Under the pieces are notes generated by a model. The model was not told the DNA's origin. It saw only the letters and a list, made by a program, of their open reading frames with translations, and did not search any database. From Chrysomallon squamiferum (Eukaryota; Animalia; Mollusca): a stretch of 64,000 nucleotides of DNA. The stretch lies in NCBI GenBank assembly GCA_012295275.1, contig CM022674.1:7564001-7628000 (forward strand), in the 5' to 3' direction. Of this stretch, positions 51,087 to 64,000 are shown piece after piece. Positions within the stretch are counted from its first letter, which is position 1, and each line of letters starts with the position of its first letter. Position numbers and translations under genes: made by a program.

Positions 51087-51613
51087 ATTCTTTCTCTTTC
51101 TATAACCTGTGTTTATTTAGTGTATGGCGAGCACAAAATTAAAACAAGGATTATTTGCCAGAGCTAAACCGCTCGGTCGGCGGACGCCTGAACCGGACAT
51201 TGTGGTCATTTCGTAGCACAAACTGGCCCCTCGGTGTCTCGTGGGAAATTCCTCATCTCAGTCAAGTGTCGACTTCATTGATTGTGGCATCTCACTGAAA
51301 ACACACGCTGTTTAGAAAACAAAGATCTATGGGAGAAAACAGAGGGATTTGTGGGTAATTATCGTTATGAGTGTTCGGATGACGTGGTCACTCAGAGGTG
51401 AATTTTTCACTTCAAACAGCAACGTGAACGTCACGTGAACGTCACGTGAACCGTTGAATTACGGCGTGAATTTTTTGTTACAGTTTGAGAAATTAGAGGG
51501 TGATAATAAATTAAAAATTAAAACAGTTCGTTAGAAGGCGGGAGACAAGAGAGTGAGACAAGGATGAGAAAGTCAAGAGAAATTTAGTGAGATAAAAATG
51601 TGAGATAGAGACG

Positions 51614-51675
<62 letters not shown>

Positions 51676-52582
51676 AGACAGTCTGATACAAAGATAACAC
51701 AGATGATTAAAGAAATGAAAAGAGAATTTTTTTTAATAAAAACAAATGAAGAAAAAAGGAGATACCCAGATATTAACTTTTTAGATGCTGTTGTACGAGA
51801 AGCCAAAGCAGTATTAAAATAATTTATTTAAAATTTATCTAGGTTATTTAGAAACCATTTTACTGTGGATCCAGGAAAATGATGTAACTGTAATAAACCT
51901 ACACAGACTGCACGGTGACACACTTCACGTAAGTGATGTTATCACGCACGCTTACGTACAGAATTAAAATCGTTTAATCGCTCTTGTTTATCTGCGTGTT
52001 CCTCCCAACATTTACTCCGAGAGAAACGACAAAAGTTACAAATGTCAGATTCACATTTAAACAGTAAAAACAATTTACATATTGATTCAGTGATTCACTT
52101 ATCCTGCTGATATTTGGCCAAAATAAAAGATCTTTTTTTAACTTGCAGAATACTGATACATTCTTTATTTACTTAAAACGGGTAGCCGAGACTGACAATG
52201 ACGTAAGTAAATAAACCTGGGTTATGTGACAAAATGTGTTTTAACGTACAAATGGAACCAATTATCGGATAAAAATGTTATATAAACAAATATTGTTTAT
52301 ATCTGTACGTTCGGCTTGCAGTCTGTCACTTAATTAATTGTTGGATAATAAGACAGTGACCTTGCAATAAACATGTATTCAGTGATTTGAATGAAGAAAG
52401 GAATAAATACAGTTTATTCTATTACTACAATAACACACCCACATAATTATATATACACACAATCACATACAAATACTTACATACACAGAGACACACACAC
52501 ACATATATATACACAAACACAGTCATATACAAATCATACGTACATATACAAATACATACAACTTCAACATACCCAGAGACAA

Positions 52583-52631
<49 letters not shown>

Positions 52632-52688
52632 TATATACATATATACACATACGCACAGAGAGACATTTACGAGTCGATATTTCAGAGT

Positions 52689-52769
<81 letters not shown>

Positions 52770-52774
52770 CTCTC

Positions 52775-52824
<50 letters not shown>

Positions 52825-54089
52825 AATCACAAGCATATAATGTACAAGAAAAAAAAGAGCAAATGTACTCTACTCTGCTCTGTTCGGACTAGTAATAATA
52901 GATTATTTATACAGAATGAAACATATTTTACTGCTCCTCTGTCAACAAGTAACGAATAAACTAATAATTATCAGCAAGCGTTTGTCAGTGTAAATTTCAT
53001 CTGTGTACGAATTAATTCATATCGTATAAACCAAAGCCTTTACTCTGTTTTTATTTCATCTTTTCCTTTATTTACGTTATCCTCGGACAAGCGAAGAATC
53101 ATTAAGAATCACAGAGCTTAATTCGTAATCTAGCAGAAACGATGTTGTTGATCGGCAGTTCTCTACCGAATACGAACTACGTCATTGCGCGCTTTGTAAA
53201 AAATGTCTCGTATGAAAATAATCTGCCCTTAACACTACCACAGACAAAAAGGAAAACAAAAAATTAATAATGAAGATGATGATGATGGTGATGATGATGA
53301 TAATAATATCAATAATAAACATGATAATGATGATTTAATAATAATAATAATAATAATAGCAGCAGCATCGGTAACAATAATAATAATAAAATTTATTGAA
53401 ACAAGGAGATGGTATTGTTAGTTTACAGGTTTTAAGTTCAGTTTACACATTTCTAGGTTCTTGTATTTGCTCATCTGTAATTGTTGTAGTAGTTGATGCT
53501 GATATTTCATTGATACTGTTTTGTTTCATAAATAACGGTATTAAATGACTGTAAAACTATACTACTACCACCACTATTACTTCTGCTGTTTTATACATTT
53601 GAACAAAGCGTTTGTCTCAGTAGTTAGAACATGGATAAACTGATACAGACCGGTATTAATAGTAAATCTTTTAAAGTAATATATACCACATATCACACCA
53701 CTAAGACACAGCATCACGTCACATTATTTTCAGTGTTGTGTGGGTGTCATGCAGGGAGAACACTTATCTCCCCTGTTATTTTACTTGTTTGTTAAATTAA
53801 TCATTGTAAAACATCGACATACAGACAGACAAACAGACAGAATCCTCGCTATATTCACATCACTACAGTAACACCCACACACACAGATACATATACTGTG
53901 ATAAACACACATACACGCACACGTACGTACACATACATACGCACAGGTGTACACAGAGACACACATACAGAGAGGCACATATAAAGACATACGCACATAC
54001 ACGCAGGCAAATACATCCATACAGATACACATATACACACATTCATACCAAAAAACCCAACTACATATACATACATACATATACATATA

Positions 54090-54128
<39 letters not shown>

Positions 54129-55096
54129 TATATGTCTATATACACAAACACACACATACATACAAACACACACAAACACATACACATGCATACAAACATA
54201 CACACACAAATATATATATATGTATGTTTGTATGTATGTGTATGTGTTTGTGTGTGTTTGTATATATGTATGTTTATATATACATATATATGTATGTATG
54301 TACGTATGTATATATATTTCCTATAATATGTGTGTGTGTGTGTAAAATAACACATTTAAACAAACACACCACACACACACACATACGCCCACTCACTCTA
54401 ACACACACATGTATACAGTTTAGTACATCACACATGAAAACACTCCGCACACAGTTTGCCAGTTTGTCACACCTCACGGTCGAGCAGGCCAGTGTTACTG
54501 TTGTAAATTATTTCATTAACGAACTCACCACCAGTTTGCATTTCGCAGATTTCGCCTTCGCGGTTTCCACTCCGACTAATAGTGAAACTTCGTCATCCGT
54601 GCCATTTCTACGAGCAATGTGTCGTGTGGTTTTAGGAAACCAAAGAAAAACGAATGAACAATCACGTTACAGCTTTGATGTTAATCATATTTTACAGCGC
54701 GTCAAAGACTTTGTTTACAGGGAAACAATTGTGTTACTGTTGCAATAACCACGATGTCGGAGTAACAGCCAATATGCTGAGTAAATAATTTAAAGGTTGA
54801 AGACGTTTTTTTTTTGTTTGTTTTAACGTATTTATTTTCTTATTTTAAACAACAACAGCAATAACAAAAAATAAAAAAATAAAAAAGAAGCAACAACTAA
54901 AAGAATGGAAAAATAAAATGTAAAATTTATTAGACGAAATTTTTAATTTGTTTTATTTTTATAAATAAATAAATTGTTTTCAAAACTATATAAAAAAAAA
55001 AGTAAAAAAAAAAAACAAAATAAAAAAAAATAAAAACAATTTTTTTTAAAAATAATAAAAAAATAATAATAATAATAAATAATAATAATAATAATA

Positions 55097-55127
<31 letters not shown>

Positions 55128-55691
55128 CAAATAAGAAACAAATGAGAAAACGAAAATAATAAAAAAAAGAAAAAAAAAGAAAACTAAATATCTAACCAAG
55201 TAACTAACTAACTTGATAAATAAATAAATAAATAAATAAAATTATATAATGAAAAATTAGAAAACGAAAAACAAAAACGGCAGTATAAAAAAGAGAAAAC
55301 CTGAAACAAATATTTAATCACAAAGTAGCTGAGTGGACAGAGTAAAAGATAAAAAGTAAGAAATCTTGAAAACCTCAGCGATTTGCCACAGTTTAAACAA
55401 AACATTTTACAAATGTAATGTTTTATTTAAAACAACAGCAAAGTTACAAAATCCAGTGCACTGATTTTTCACTGTATGTTTTATCTTGAATTTTTGTTTT
55501 ATTTTATTTTTATTAGTTTCTTTTGTTTTGTTTTTAAAGCGAAAATCGAATAAATTTCATGAAATAAATTGCTTTAAATTGCTTTATGTTTGTTTATCTA
55601 CATATGTCTCTATTTATTGTTCTCTGTGTGTGTGTGTTCACTAGTGGGTTGTAATGTTAGTATTCCGCTGACACACAGACACACACACACA

Positions 55692-55759
<68 letters not shown>

Positions 55760-55859
55760 AACGGAAATTTACTGAGATGTTGGTAGAGATTGAAATACAT
55801 TTAATGAACCTGTCTTAATAAAGTCAAAACCGTCTACAGCAACTACAACAACAACAACA

Positions 55860-56412
55860 TTAGAAACAGAAGACCGAGCGGATGTAATGTCTTCTTATCT
55901 GATCATAAACTAATAATAAAAAAACACGCACAACACGCAGAACACGCACAACACAACAGCAAAAATAGCATGTACTTTAAAACAAACACAACACGGACAA
56001 AACAGGAAACACAACAACAACAACAACAACAACAACAGATAATAACAACTATTATTATTACTATTAGTAGTAGTAGTAATAGTAGTAGTAGTAGCAGTAG
56101 TAGGAGTACTAACAGTAGTAGTTGCAGTAGCAGGAGTACTCAGTAATAGTAGCAGTATATTAGCAATAATAATAGCTATAATAATAAAACTATATAATTA
56201 TAATAACATTAGACACTTGATTAAACGGATGTAATGTCTTCTTATCTGGACATAAATTAATAATAAAAGTACAAAACACGCACAAAACATTAGTAAAAAT
56301 AGAATGTACTCTAAAACAAACACACGCACAATGACAAAATAGGAAACACAACAACAACAATAACAACAACTATTGTTATTATTATTGTTGTTATTATTAT
56401 TATTATTATTAT

Positions 56413-56453
<41 letters not shown>

Positions 56454-56600
56454 TAGTGATAATAATGCTATAATAATATAACTATGTAGTTATAACAACG
56501 TTAGAGACAAGACTGAACGGAAGCAAAGTCATCTTTAACTGGACATAAATTAATAATAAAAGTAAAAAACACGCACAAAACTAAAAGTAAAATGTAATTA
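55860..56600. repeat. Three diverged tandem units of about 300-350 bp with embedded (CAA)/(TAT)/(TAG) tracts
   Basis: TTAGA...CGGATGTAATGTCTTCTTATCTG..CATAAA.TAATAATAAAA...AACACGCACAA recurs at about 55860, 56209 and 56501. Confidence 0.85.
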
Positions 56601-56659
56601 AAAAAACCTACCGAACAACAAACCTTCTTCATAAAACATAGACACAACATGATATTTAT

Positions 56660-56925
56660 TAATAGCAGTAATAATAATAATGATAATAATAAAAATAATG
56701 ATACTGATGATGATTATGATGATAATGATGATGGTGATAGTAATGATGGTAAACATAATGATGATAATAATGATAATAATAAAGATAATGATAATGATGA
56801 TGATGATTATGATGATAATGATGATGGTGATAGTAATGATGGTAATAATAATGATGATGATGATGATGATGATTATAATGACAATGATGATGATGATAAT
56901 AATAATAATAATGTTGATGATGATA
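56660..56925. repeat. (GAT/AAT)n cryptic repeat with an internal ~96-bp duplication
   Basis: GATTATGATGATAATGATGATGGTGATAGTAATGATGGTAA occurs twice. Confidence 0.85.
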
Positions 56926-58337
56926 CAGAACTAATTATACATCTTTCATTTGAACGATACAGAAGTTTCTCTGTACTTTGCTAATCACAGTAGACTGGGT
57001 TTTTTTTATCAGCTTACCGGTAACCGGAAGCTCTAATACCTTTACTAATGTAACATAAACTGGACAAACTGAAAGAATTAGTCTACAATAATAATAATAA
57101 AAAAAAGTAAAAAAAAAAAAAAAAAAAAGAAAACATTGAAAAGAAAAAATGGATAATAAACGTGAAAAAAAAAATCCCAACAAAAAAAAAAAAAAAAAGT
57201 TATTTTCCTAGTAAATCGGCCATTAAATGTAGCGCATTATTTCTTCCTTTGAACATGACGTACTCGAGCGTGAATTTTAATTATGCTTTGATTGTACGTA
57301 AGGTTAATGGCCAATTAAGGTCGGCCATGATTCTGTTTACTGCTGCAGCTAAACTGTGCAGAGTCGAAGCTATTATCCCAAGTCTGCGCTGTTAATTCCA
57401 CTATTAATTTTCACAAGTAGTCGCGAGAGACTTCCACAGCGTTCTCGTTATCTCTGTCACAGACAAGACTGTGTGCCCAGGACAGGCGTGCACGAGTTTT
57501 ATAAACAATACTCGTTTACGGGTTATTTAGTAATATGTTTATTAGGTATGCAGTAGATATATTCAAAGTATTAGAAGCATATTGACAAATACCATTAATT
57601 AGTTTGTATCTGCAAACTTGCTGTATGTTAATTTTCACAAGTAGTGGCATGAGACATTCACAACATTCAGAGACAGACTCTGAGAATAACAGATTCATTA
57701 GGCAGACAACATTTATATTCAAAATACTAAAAGTGTGTTAACAACTAATTAGTTCGTATCTGCAAACCTTCGTTATGGAATATTTAAATTTTAAATTAGA
57801 ACATTATCTGTTAGAGCTGACAACAAAAACATTATCTAAATTTAGAAGCAGTAATGTGAAGCTTCCTTAGAAACTGGAAGACGTTTTAGTACTGAAAGAG
57901 AAGACAGAAGACGCTGTTCATGTAATTCTGATATTGATGATGAGTTTCTCTGTGTTTTAACTCTACATCTTTATCTTTTGAGAGAAATAAATATATTCAA
58001 TATCATTACATACTTATTACATAATAATATTTCAGAATATAAATTATACCACTTTTGTACAAACTTTCCTGATTTTTACAAATTGTCACAGAGAGTCAGT
58101 CTTCTGGTTCTGGATTAAATAACAATTAACATGTTTCTGTACCACTACAGAAAATACTGTTTAAATTACGTTTTGTTTAAACGTTCTCAGTATAGCACGC
58201 GGTGCAGTCTTCAGCGAAATAAACGTCTTGTCTTGTCTTGTCTTGTCTTGCCATTCAGTAAAGTAAAATGATTTTTGGTCCTTTTTGAATTTTTATTTAC
58301 TTCGTTTTTCCTTTGATACGTGGTTATCAACAAACCC

Positions 58338-58372
<35 letters not shown>

Positions 58373-59876
58373 AAAGAAACAACACAAATCATAAACTTAA
58401 ACTAAAACCACTATATTTCTGTACAGTATTATTGTTTAACTATTATTTGTTAAAAAATTTTGTTAAAGTTTTTATAGTTAATAACTGTTAAGATATCATT
58501 AGTATTAACCAATCATTTAACATAATTTTACTTGTTTGGGTTTTCGTATTGATCAGTCTCACGTGTTTGAGTTGAGTTCTATTACATTAACAAACAATAA
58601 CCGACACCTCAGTATTTTGTTATATTAACGAATATTAGTCTGTCAGCAAATCTATCTAGCTATCAGCATGTCTATCTATCTATCTGCGTAGAGATAGACA
58701 AATAGATAGAAGACATAATAGACAGCCATATGTATGTATATTCAGAGATAGATAGATAGTTGGAGTCAGATATACAAATAATAGACACACATACACATGA
58801 ATATAGATAAATAGATAGACAGATGATAAGAATATCTAGCAGCGATAAAACAGTCACAGGTCACTGCTGGAACGGGAAATATCTCACAAAGGGGGATCGA
58901 TCGTTCAGGCTGACATGTACAGACGCGCGGTCCACAGAACACTTGAGCTGACTCTTAACCTGGCTCATATAAAACTCGCGTCTGAGGCGGATGAATGCGG
59001 GTATCAAATTGCTGGAACTAAATCGCATTACTTGAGATAAAGCCTTGTTGATGAACACATCAAACGTCGTTGTTGTAGCTGTCACAGCAGATCAGTGCCA
59101 GCTCTGTGTTTATTTCACTGTTTGCCTATTAACGGTCGTTTTGCCGTGCATCAATGATAAAGTTGTCTTTGTTAAGTCTGTGTAAAGCGTCTGCGAACGT
59201 CCGTCTTGTGCAGAGTCGGACATTTACACCTTTCCACACGTTCTGTCGCCTTAATTTCGCTAATTCTTCTAATCGCGGAAAATACTAAAACTTGTGTAGC
59301 ATAAAAATTAGTTATTATTTCTGAGATCGCAACAGTAATGGCCTCTAACGATTTCTAAAAACGTCCTTGTCAACAGTCGGTCTGAAAACCTGAATAGCAA
59401 AACCCACGGAGCTGTTATAAACTAATTCTACATCCATGAGCCGTCATGGCGCGTATTGCTAAGGGAGATAACTCTGTTGTAATTGATTTCTTTCATACAC
59501 AGTGATGAGAACGAGGTTTTATCTGTTTGCGATGACGAGCGATTGTTAGACTGGGAATAAAATACTGTTTTATGGCGTCATAACGTGGCCGAATCAAATT
59601 GACATTTTGTCACGACAGCTGCATTCAGAAGTCGTGATAATTATATTATGCGTCGTAGATTAACGAGAACGCTGCCAACCGAAAAACCGGTTTTATTAGA
59701 AAAAAACCCACAAGAATACCAGTTTATCCATGACAAACAAAATAATAGATCAGCGGAATACTAACATTACAGAACACTAGTCTGTACACACAGAGAGAAA
59801 AATAAATAGAGACATATGTAGATAAACACATATACATTCTGAGCTAGTTTGAAATACAGAGGATACACAATAGATG

Positions 59877-59879
<3 letters not shown>

Positions 59880-59956
<77 letters not shown>
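59880..59956. repeat. (AG)n microsatellite
   Basis: Direct reading. Confidence 0.98.
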
Positions 59957-59959
<3 letters not shown>

Positions 59960-61044
59960 ATTATTGTAATTTTGAATTAAAAAACACTTAATATCCGATT
60001 TTCAAATTTTTTATTATTATTATTTTTCAAAAATTTATTTTGATGTAGTGTGAAAATGCATTAAGCAAAATCAGTCAATATTAAAATATTCTCACATTTT
60101 GAGAAACTGGACATTAAGAATGAACAATACTTTGAAGATAGGTATGGGAACTGCGTACAAAAAACAAACATTTTAAATGTAATTACACTCGGCAGCTGAA
60201 TTACACATACAATAATAACAAATAAATAATTAATTGGTGGAAACTGCAAATATACATTATAACCTGTGTTCAGCATAAAAATGAGAAAAATGTGTATTTT
60301 TTATTTATTTATTTTTTATTTAGTGAGTTGGACACATTTACACAAATATCTTGCTCCCACGCATTTATTTCTCCGATGTAAACAAGTTTAAACATGTTGA
60401 GAGGGGAAAAAAAAATCGTTTTCCTGTGAGAAAACAATGAAAATAAATTTATCTGAAATGTTAAGAGCACTGACGAGTTTACGTCTTTGAAACGAGATAA
60501 AAACTGTGACGTCATGGCGTGACCAGAACAGAACCGCACAAATATTTTATTACGTTTTTATTTTCTCCTTATTATTATTATTATAATTATTATTATTATT
60601 ATTATTATTATTATTGTTGTTGTTGTTGTTATTATTATTAGTATTGTTATTATTAGTAGTATTGTTATTATTATTGTCATTATTATCATTATTATTATAT
60701 TATTATTATTGTCATTATTATTATTATTATTGTTGTTTTTGTTGTTGTTTTATAATGTAATCAAATAGATGTAGTAGTTTGGTTACCACATATTACATTC
60801 GTTCTATTTTAAAAACGAATAATAATTTATCTTTATTGTACTTTCGTCATCCGCTGTCATTTAAACATTTAAAAATGGATGACTAAAAAAAAGAAGAAAA
60901 AACAAAAAAGAAAGAATTTTCGCGAGGTGTAAAGTTACTGACATCGTTTTTGGATTATTTAAGTGAGTGATACATCAAGTGAAAATGAAGCCTTATTGTT
61001 AAAATACGGAGAACACTGTTCAACTGTTAAAAATATTTATTTGA

Positions 61045-61075
<31 letters not shown>

Positions 61076-62137
61076 TTAATGAAAAAAAAATGTTATGTCA
61101 AAATAAAGATAGAATTACTAGGTGACGGCGTTAATGATGTCTGAGTGTCATTCAGAGATATCGCTGTTACGTTTTCATTAATTCACAGTGTTTATTTTTT
61201 CTTTGTTAAACTGATTCCTCGGAGTGGATACGCTAACAGAGCGGTGACAGTTAAATACAGTTTAACTTCCCAACACGTTTATAACATTAGTTGTGTTTGT
61301 ACCAGTCGATGAAAACCAAGCGATCAAAGCGCTTCATTTTAATGAAACCAGTATATTATTGTTCATCTGTTTATCAGCCATGTTTGCAAATGGCGTCAGA
61401 TTTTCAGAAACTAATTTTGATAAAGTCCGCTTTACTCCTACAAATTAGTTATTTTTTTTTATTTTTATAACGTAATTAATTAAGTTTGTGCAGGATATAT
61501 ATATATATATATATACATTAATGACCTTTATGATTAAATTAAATATAAAATCTTGTGATAGTAAATATTAAATTTTAGAGCCAAGCATGACACTAGTTAA
61601 ATAAATAATACTAATACTACAGTTATAATATGTCTGTTAGTAACACCACCATACAACTAATATTACTAATACAACAACAGCTACTACTACTGTCACTGCT
61701 ATTACCACTACTTCTATTACTACATTTTCATCACAAATAAATAATAGTCCTACTGCTGCTACTGCTACTACAACGACAGTATTAAAAACAGCAGCTACTA
61801 CTAATACTACTACTCTGTTACGACAACTGCAACAACTCCCGGGTTCGAATCATCATCATCATCGTCATCATCGCGATAACAATGATCGTAATAGTGATGA
61901 CGATAATGATGATGATAATAATAATTAAAGAAACACAGCACATGGTAATAAAAACGTTTAAGTACAAATTACTGCGAGTTTTTAGCTTTACGATGTTTGT
62001 AGTATTATTCGATACGTCGATAGTATGAAATATATATGTTGTGTGCACAAAGAGATCTAATACAAAGATTATTTCTGTCACAACGTGTCTGAAATAATAA
62101 CGATGTTTTACGCTTCAGTGAGTTTCACGTTTTACTA

Positions 62138-62190
<53 letters not shown>

Positions 62191-62673
62191 TACATACATA
62201 AATAATATTTTTTTTCTTCTCTCTTTTTTTATTACTATTATTTTTTTTTTTTTTTTTTGTGGAGATAAAAACTGAAAACCAGCAAAACAGTTAATGATAA
62301 ACGATAACAAAATATTTGAAGTGTTGTTTGCATTGCTTAAAACGTGATCTCAAAGCATGCAGTTTAGTTTGTTTAAAAAAAAAAAACAGACAAGAAATGT
62401 TTTTTGTTTCTTATTTTAATATTATATAACTGAACAAACAGGAAAAAGAAGAGTGTAAAATTATTTTTTAAAAATTGAAAAGGAACTAAAAATAAAAGTG
62501 ATGTTTGGAAGTAATTAACTGTGTAATGGAATAATTACCTAATTTCCTCTACTGAATTAATAACAGGAGTTAATCAACTTGCAGTCTTTTAAAGATTTTT
62601 ATTTATTTATTTATTTACTTTTTGCTGCAGAGATAGATAGGCTGATAGATAATGGGGGAGAGAGAGAGAGAGA

Positions 62674-62751
<78 letters not shown>

Positions 62752-63688
62752 GAGAGAGAGAGAGAGACCTATTTTCACAGAGTAGGGACAATTGTTCTCA
62801 TCTGCTTCACATTATTTCAAAAAATCGAAGCTGTTTTTATGAAATGAATAGAATGTTTTGATAGTATAATCTAAATAACGAATAAAATGATATCAGATAT
62901 GTGACGCTGAATGTCATTTACCTGGAAATACCTGAAGGCAGCAGTGGACAGAGTATCAAAACATCAGTGTCGTCAGTTTAGCGTGCATTCATTCACACGT
63001 GTATTTTATAAACAGATCACCGTTTAACAGATGAGAAAAATACCAGTGTAATGATGAATATTTTAACAAAATATATGTATTTTTTCGTTATTTATATTTA
63101 TTTGTATGATCTTCGAGGCCAATCGTTTTCATTAAAAATCCATTCTTATGTTTTGAGTTATTTAAACGCCTGATGAGCATGAAATATCGCAGAGAAAGGC
63201 AAAGACAAAGAAATGATCGTCAAAAGTTTCTCTTATTTGTTGCAAATCCATGAAATAATGTGTAAAATGTGGAAACTTTTCAAACCTTCACGTCCGCGAC
63301 AGACACGTTGCTTCTCGTAAAGCGGACTGCAAATTTGATTTTTCCTCGAAAGGGGTTTGATATTTTTATATTCAAACTATTCTTTGACGAGCTAACGCAT
63401 AATAATAATAATATTCATAATAAAATAATAATAAAAATTTAAAAAGTTTTATAATCTGCTGGACATAATCAGTGAGACATATATTTTCAGTAGCCGTATA
63501 TTTTATTTGTTTGAACTGTTTTAAATGACAGGAGGTACAACTAATGAAATCAAGTGTGCTGTCTTGTTTTGTTTTGATAAAGAAATCTGTCTCTTACACT
63601 GCAACTGTTGTGGTTCCATGAGAATGAGTGAGACAGAGAAAAACTCACACACGCACGCACAAACACACACATAAACAGACAGAGGCAC

Positions 63689-63817
<129 letters not shown>

Positions 63818-64000
63818 CGCGAAAAAAATCATTTTTATAAAAATCTAAGACATATTTCCCAGATACAAAGAACAGTAAAGTCGTGGAAAATGAATATTGA
63901 ATCGTCTGAGCTAATAACGAGACGTTAGCCAGATGAAGAGATAAGTGCGAGAGTAGTTGTGTCACTGGTTTATGAAATAATAAATAACACAGAGGTAAAA

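Noticed and set aside
56649-56984. Asp/Asn-rich ORF resembling acidic shell-matrix proteins
   Set aside because: It derives from a GAT/AAT microsatellite, has no signal peptide or convincing splice sites, and similar tracts occur elsewhere in the window.
61838-61852. B-box-like GGTTCGAATC (also weak tRNA/SINE-like bits near 40555 and 40830)
   Set aside because: No A box at the right spacing and no cloverleaf; the motif is isolated between microsatellites.

Overview
AT-rich, microsatellite-dense animal genomic DNA with spliceosomal GT-AG introns. It is probably a lophotrochozoan such as a mollusc, but the species cannot be determined from the sequence. Three protein-coding genes lie in the first 30 kb. 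(1) A minus-strand secreted six-cysteine neuropeptide/hormone-like precursor (918-1349). (2) An 11-exon cyclin L gene (7473-17631, 469 aa) with candidate poison exons in its two long introns. (3) A 7-exon SLC25A33/36 (Rim2-like) mitochondrial pyrimidine-nucleotide carrier (23717-29983, 327 aa). Between the last two lie a decayed hAT/ZNF862-like transposase and small MITEs. The most unusual feature is a 53/55-bp minisatellite in carrier intron 4 that has multiplied the exon-5 3' splice site: six intact decoy acceptors, each leading to an in-frame TGA, sit upstream of the true one. From 35.8 to 39.7 kb there is a 30-bp satellite with a 25-monomer higher-order duplication, split by a 720-bp insert built from inverted copies of two flanking loci. 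I found no convincing coding exons in 40-64 kb, which holds microsatellites, minisatellites and CpG-containing patches rich in E-box/CRE/CCAAT motifs. All coordinates were read by eye and no database searches were run.
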